Shown: positions 14,733-19,096 of the stretch, in pieces | How the letters are laid out: the number at the start of each line of letters is the position of its first letter | How positions within the stretch are numbered: position 1 is the stretch's first letter | DNA from: Planctomycetota bacterium | Lineage (GTDB): Bacteria; Planctomycetota; UBA8108; UBA1146 | Assembly: GCA_036338595.1 (NCBI GenBank) | Contig: JAYZBV010000042.1 | Span: 1-19,096, forward strand | Reading direction: 5' to 3' | DNA length: 19,096 nt | Notes under the pieces: generated by a model | What the model was told of the DNA's origin: nothing | Database searches by the model: none | What the model saw: only the letters and a program-made list of their open reading frames with translations | Made by a program: the position numbers and the translations under genes

Positions 14733-17318
14733 TCACTGATTCGCCAGCAACAGCAGGGCATTGAGAAACAGATCCGCCGTTCCTCGCCAGAAGGAGCGAA
14801 ACAGTGGATCTCCGGCAAATAGCACCACCTTGCCCCGCCCCATCCGCTCCTCGACCAGCCACACCCCACCCGCCAGGGCTTTCTGGTTCTCATCGGAGAT
14901 GAACCCGCTGACCACCGGATTTTCTCCGGCAAGGACTCCCACATCCCCGGCATCTCCTTTCAGGTCGAATATTCGTACGCTTCCGATGAAGCCATGAATC
15001 CGCGTCGATTGACCGAAAGCGATGGGATGATCCGGATCGAGATCGAATTGTACGATATTGCCGGGTACCTGCTGCAGACGTCGCTCTTCACGAAGATCGG
15101 CCCTGGTGCGCCGCTTCGGTTCGCTCTTTTCCTTTTCGGGAGCCTTTCTTACCTCGTGAGAAACGAGTCCGAGTCCCGATTCCCCACACTGGAATGCACT
15201 GCTTCCAAGAGCCAGCACCACCCCACCACCACGCACCCAATCTGACAGGGCTTCCTTGCTTCGTTCTCCCATTGCCGATCCGCGAAACCCCGAGGGAATC
15301 ACCAGAACATCGAAACGATCTAGATTTCTGCCGAAATCGCCGGCAGAGATGGAGGTGAAGGAAATCCCGACTTCTTGTTCAAGGAAACTCCATACCGCTC
15401 CGTAGGATGTACTCGACACGGAGGAGGGGCCAAGCACCGCTATGTTGGCATGAGCCAGTTGAGGGAAGGAACCGGACCCCAGATCGGGTCCCACGTCGGT
15501 CCAACCACTTGAGGTACCGTAAAAGACTGTCCCGGTCTCGAGGGCGACTCTCGAAACGGTTTCATGCGTATCTTCGGAGGAGATCCAGACCACCAGCGTA
15601 CCGGCGGGATATTCTTTGCCCTGCAACTCGATCTTTTTGGTCACCAGATCGACCTGTTCACCGGCTTGCTGGAGAGCCCGAAGCGCACGTGCCGAGGGCA
15701 CTCCCCCCCATCGATGGAGATAGGCCACGCCGGCGCGTTGCTCAACACGTCCCACCTGGGCTTCCAGTTCCCCGATGGGAACCAGGATTCCATCGACGGG
15801 TTGACTCGCAAGATAGGTATCCACCCCGAAGGCCATCGGCAGGGACCAGGCCGCCACGTCGTAAAAATATGCTTCCTCCGCCTTGGCATTTGGCTCCATC
15901 AGCGCGCGTGCGAGACGGCCCTGCGGTTGATCGAGAGGGACGATCACCGTCCCCGGCGGCAACTTGAGGATCTCCAGTTCGGTACCATCGTGATGAACTA
16001 GCCCTTCGACCACCACCTCGTCCATCGTCTCGACCAGTTCGATTCCCTGTACCTGTAGTAACTTCAGCAGTGAGCGGCGACGATCCCCACCACCTGGCGG
16101 GATGATGAACTGAGCCAACTCCGACGACCGACCGGCATGGATGGCACCCTCACGAAAAGCAAAGAAGTCCTGCTGAAGGCGGAGGCGATTTCGAGCAGCA
16201 CAATCAGCAGTCGCCAGCCCCGCAACGTGATGGTGGTGAAGACGTTCTGACAGCGTCAGGATGGTTCCGTTTCGACGTCGGTAGGCCAGCCCTGCACCAC
16301 CACCTCCAGCTTGTTCGTAGGTCATCCCTATCGATCCGTTAAGTGTCGGCCACGAGTCGCCATATGCGGGATAGAACAAATCGAACTGTTCAGCGGTGTA
16401 GTACTTCCAGCCGAAGCGATCAAAGGCACCGGCATTCGAGAGGCCGAATACCTCGCTCCACTCGACCCGATCCAGGGGAATGTTGGCATTGATCGGCTTT
16501 TCGGGTGGAAAGAAGAAGTAAGTGGACTCCGGCGACATCTCGTGAAAATCAACATGCACCAGTGGCTGCCAGCGCAGGTACTGCTCGATCCGGGCGCGCG
16601 TTTCTGGCTGACTCTGCCAGGCCCAGTCGCGGTTCAGATCGAACAGGTAGTGATTACTACGTCCTGATGGTGAAGGCGGATCATGTTCTGTAGCCGCTGG
16701 ATCAGGATTGGCGGGGCGCGCCTGCACCTGGTGGTACCACTGGAGATATCTCTCACGGCCATCCGGATTCAGTAACGGATCGATGATGACGAGACAATCC
16801 TCGCGGATCTGACGCATCTTGGGATCCGATCCATCGGCGAGTTGATGGATCGTCGCCAGCGCCGCTTCGGTCGCCGAGGATTCGTCACCATGGACGTTGT
16901 AGGAGAGCCAGATCACCGCCGGAAGATCTTCCAGCAAGGTGTCCAGATCCAGTTCTTCTCGCTCTGCCAACCGACGTGGATCGGCGAGCAACTGCTGGGC
17001 AGCTCGAATTTCATCGAGTCGAGCGATGTTCGACTCGGTGGAGATCATCACCAGCACCAGTTCTCGACCCTCGACGCTTCGACCATACTCCTGGATCAGA
17101 ACCCGAGGGGAGAGCGCCGCGACCTGCCGACAATAGGCCACAACATCGTGATGAGGAGTGAAACGATCGCCGAGCGGAATCCCGAACCACTGGCCGGGAG
17201 ACGGAACCTTACCCTCGAAGGTATCGTTGCCGCTGTAAGGAAAAGGTGTATCTCCAGCAGAGAGTGGCACTGAACCTACCCCCAGCAAACACCAGATGGA
17301 CAAGAGAAGCTTCAGCAT
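14733..17318 (-). CDS. Exported M14 zinc carboxypeptidase with a C-terminal class I GATase-like domain
   Basis: Signal peptide MLKLLLSIWCLLG...; YGRSVEGR, NVHGDES (HxxE), NPDG, RSNH..DLNRD, DFHEM and TYEQ; C-terminal FDVLVIPSG and LSDWVRGGGVVLAL. ATG 17318 follows AGGAGG. Confidence 0.9.
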   Translation of the reverse strand: MLKLLLSIWCLLGVGSVPLSAGDTPFPYSGNDTFEGKVPSPGQWFGIPLGDRFTPHHDVVAYCRQVAALSPRVLIQEYGRSVEGRELVLVMISTESNIARLDEIRAAQQLLADPRRLAEREELDLDTLLEDLPAVIWLSYNVHGDESSATEAALATIHQLADGSDPKMRQIREDCLVIIDPLLNPDGRERYLQWYHQVQARPANPDPAATEHDPPSPSGRSNHYLFDLNRDWAWQSQPETRARIEQYLRWQPLVHVDFHEMSPESTYFFFPPEKPINANIPLDRVEWSEVFGLSNAGAFDRFGWKYYTAEQFDLFYPAYGDSWPTLNGSIGMTYEQAGGGGAGLAYRRRNGTILTLSERLHHHHVAGLATADCAARNRLRLQQDFFAFREGAIHAGRSSELAQFIIPPGGGDRRRSLLKLLQVQGIELVETMDEVVVEGLVHHDGTELEILKLPPGTVIVPLDQPQGRLARALMEPNAKAEEAYFYDVAAWSLPMAFGVDTYLASQPVDGILVPIGELEAQVGRVEQRAGVAYLHRWGGVPSARALRALQQAGEQVDLVTKKIELQGKEYPAGTLVVWISSEDTHETVSRVALETGTVFYGTSSGWTDVGPDLGSGSFPQLAHANIAVLGPSSVSSTSYGAVWSFLEQEVGISFTSISAGDFGRNLDRFDVLVIPSGFRGSAMGERSKEALSDWVRGGGVVLALGSSAFQCGESGLGLVSHEVRKAPEKEKSEPKRRTRADLREERRLQQVPGNIVQFDLDPDHPIAFGQSTRIHGFIGSVRIFDLKGDAGDVGVLAGENPVVSGFISDENQKALAGGVWLVEERMGRGKVVLFAGDPLFRSFWRGTADLFLNALLLLANQ

Positions 17319-17443
17319 CAAACCTCCTGGATCATCGACCTCCGGGGAGTCATGGTGGTCCCCGATCGACGACATTCTGCCTTCACAATGATCGTTAGGC
17401 TAGATGGCCCTGGCTGCGTCAAAAACTGCAAAGAGGAATCAAA

Positions 17444-18802
17444 GTGTCCAGTTCCCGAGGTGAACTCTCCCCCATCGTCTCCCTGGCCGCACCGATCGTC
17501 GTTACCCAGCTTGGAACGATGATGATGGGGATGGTTGATATGTGGATGGTGGGTCGGGTCGGAACCTCTGCTCTGGCTGCAGTAGCACTCGGCGATACCT
17601 GGGCATTCGGAATGCTGATCCTCGGACAGGGATTGATCCAGGGTATGGATCCGCTGGTGACACAGGCTCACGGAGCGAAAGATGCGAAGGCGCTGGGACG
17701 GTCTCTTCAACGTGGGCTATTGCTGGGGCTGGTGTTGATCCCTGTACTGACCCTCAGCTGGCAGCTGGGGGGGGCTGCTCTGGTGGCGTTGGGACAGGAT
17801 CCTGGCCTCAGTTTAGTGGCGGAGTCCTACATCCAGGCACAGCTGTTCAGCGTGCCAGCAATACTGGGATTCCTGGTACTGAGACAGTACCTGCAAGGAC
17901 GGGGATTCGTCAGACCCGCGCTATGGACCGTTCTCATAGCCAATCTATTCAACGTGGTGTTCAACGAACTGTTCATCTTCGGAGGACTGGGAATTCCTGC
18001 TCTCGGAGTCGAGGGAGCTGGATACGCCACCGGCGCAAGCCGCTGGTTGATGCTGCTGCTGTTGATCGGCTTCATGATGAGGGGACGTTATCTCGCCGAG
18101 GGATGGGTGCCCTGGAGTCGCCGCAGTTTCTCCCTTCGTGCGATGGGAACGCTGCTCTTGCTGGGACTCCCGATCGCGATCCATTTCGGGGTCGAGGTGT
18201 GGACCTTCCAGGCCGCCACCTTGATGGCCGGCAGGATCGGGGAGATCGAACTGGCCGCTCACATCGTGGTTCTGAAGATCATCTCCTTCACCTTCATGTT
18301 CCCATGGGGAATCAGCGGAGCCGCAACCACCCGGGTCGGAAACCTGCTTGGCGAAGGGGATGTCTTGCGGGCGCGTAAAGCAGCCAGGACTGCCATCGCA
18401 CTCGGCGCTCTCGTGATGACGGGCGCGGGAATCACGATCCTGGTGCTGGGAGGCAGATTGCCGGCAATCTTCAGTTCCGATGTCGCGGTCCTCGCAAGCG
18501 CCATTGCATTGCTGCCGATTGCAGCCGGATTCCAGATCTTCGACGGTGTTCAAGCGGTCGCAGCGGGGGTTCTCCGGGGAGCCGGAAGAACGATTCCGGC
18601 GGCAGCGATCGGCGTCATCGGATTCCCCCTGATCACGCTTCCGCTGGCCTACCACCTCACCTTCACCAAGGAGATGGGACTTCCAGGAATCTGGTGGGCA
18701 TACCTGACGGGCCTGGTGATCGTTGCAACGCTACTGGTCAGTTGGACCACGCTCACCGCAAAAAACTGGCAACCGATGCAAAGAAGAATCGCCGGAGAGT
18801 GA
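17444..18802 (+). CDS. MATE-family efflux transporter (NorM-like)
   Basis: LAAPIV, VDMWMVGRVG, QAHGA, GLGIPALGVEGAGYAT, LGLPI, RVGNLLG and FQIFDGVQAVAAGVLRGAG; about 12 hydrophobic helices; 452 aa. Confidence 0.94.
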   Translation: MSSSRGELSPIVSLAAPIVVTQLGTMMMGMVDMWMVGRVGTSALAAVALGDTWAFGMLILGQGLIQGMDPLVTQAHGAKDAKALGRSLQRGLLLGLVLIPVLTLSWQLGGAALVALGQDPGLSLVAESYIQAQLFSVPAILGFLVLRQYLQGRGFVRPALWTVLIANLFNVVFNELFIFGGLGIPALGVEGAGYATGASRWLMLLLLIGFMMRGRYLAEGWVPWSRRSFSLRAMGTLLLLGLPIAIHFGVEVWTFQAATLMAGRIGEIELAAHIVVLKIISFTFMFPWGISGAATTRVGNLLGEGDVLRARKAARTAIALGALVMTGAGITILVLGGRLPAIFSSDVAVLASAIALLPIAAGFQIFDGVQAVAAGVLRGAGRTIPAAAIGVIGFPLITLPLAYHLTFTKEMGLPGIWWAYLTGLVIVATLLVSWTTLTAKNWQPMQRRIAGE

Positions 18803-18820
18803 CTGCAGCGACAAGATCCA

Positions 18821-19096
18821 TCAACTACCGCTAGCGGCGAGAAGAAACTGGTAAGTCCCTCTGGTCGACTCCACCCGCAGTATCACTGCCGAATCCACCT
18901 GTTCGAGGCGCACCTGCAAACCTGCGCTCCCTGCCCCTGCAGCACCGGAAGGGAGCAACACCTGGACCCCGTCACCGTGATCCAGTCGAGCCAGTTTCTC
19001 ATCGAGAGCCAGACGTTGTTGCAATGCCTGGTCGATCCTCCTGCGCAGAGATTCTTCCTCACCAGCGGCCGCTTCTGCTCCGCCCTTGATCCGCCG
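18821..19096 (-). CDS. 3' end of a hypothetical protein (5' part outside the window)
   Basis: The frame of ORF 18821..19024 stays open to the window edge (RRIKGGAEAAAGEEESLRRRIDQALQQRLALDEK...). It converges on the MATE gene with an 18-nt gap. Confidence 0.6.
   Translation of the reverse strand, partial: RRIKGGAEAAAGEEESLRRRIDQALQQRLALDEKLARLDHGDGVQVLLPSGAAGAGSAGLQVRLEQVDSAVILRVESTRGTYQFLLAASGS

Overview
GC-rich bacterial chromosomal window, densely coding, with no rRNA, tRNA, CRISPR array or mobile element that I can recognise. The lineage is probably Planctomycetota or a similar diderm, inferred only from gene types such as the long-form ThiE. Left to right: an MFS transporter truncated at the window edge, preceded by a regulatory region with a near-consensus CRP-type box and other palindromes; a minus-strand run lipoprotein - lpxA - senB-like (TIGR04348-type) glycosyltransferase ending in a perfect 12-bp hairpin; dapF; a membrane protein coupled to purM; thiE coupled to a YqaA/DedA gene; gmhA-gmhB coupled to a ChaN-like lipoprotein with an extra hydrolase-like domain; a ~640-bp divergent intergenic region; a class I aminotransferase coupled to pgi; an XRE-type HTH protein; an M14 zinc carboxypeptidase; a MATE transporter; and a partial hypothetical gene. 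The most unusual element is the senB-like selenosugar synthase gene. It has no senA or senC/selD neighbour in the window and instead abuts lpxA, a second UDP-GlcNAc-using enzyme, and it carries substitutions near its predicted acceptor site. All family assignments come from motif recognition, not database searches.
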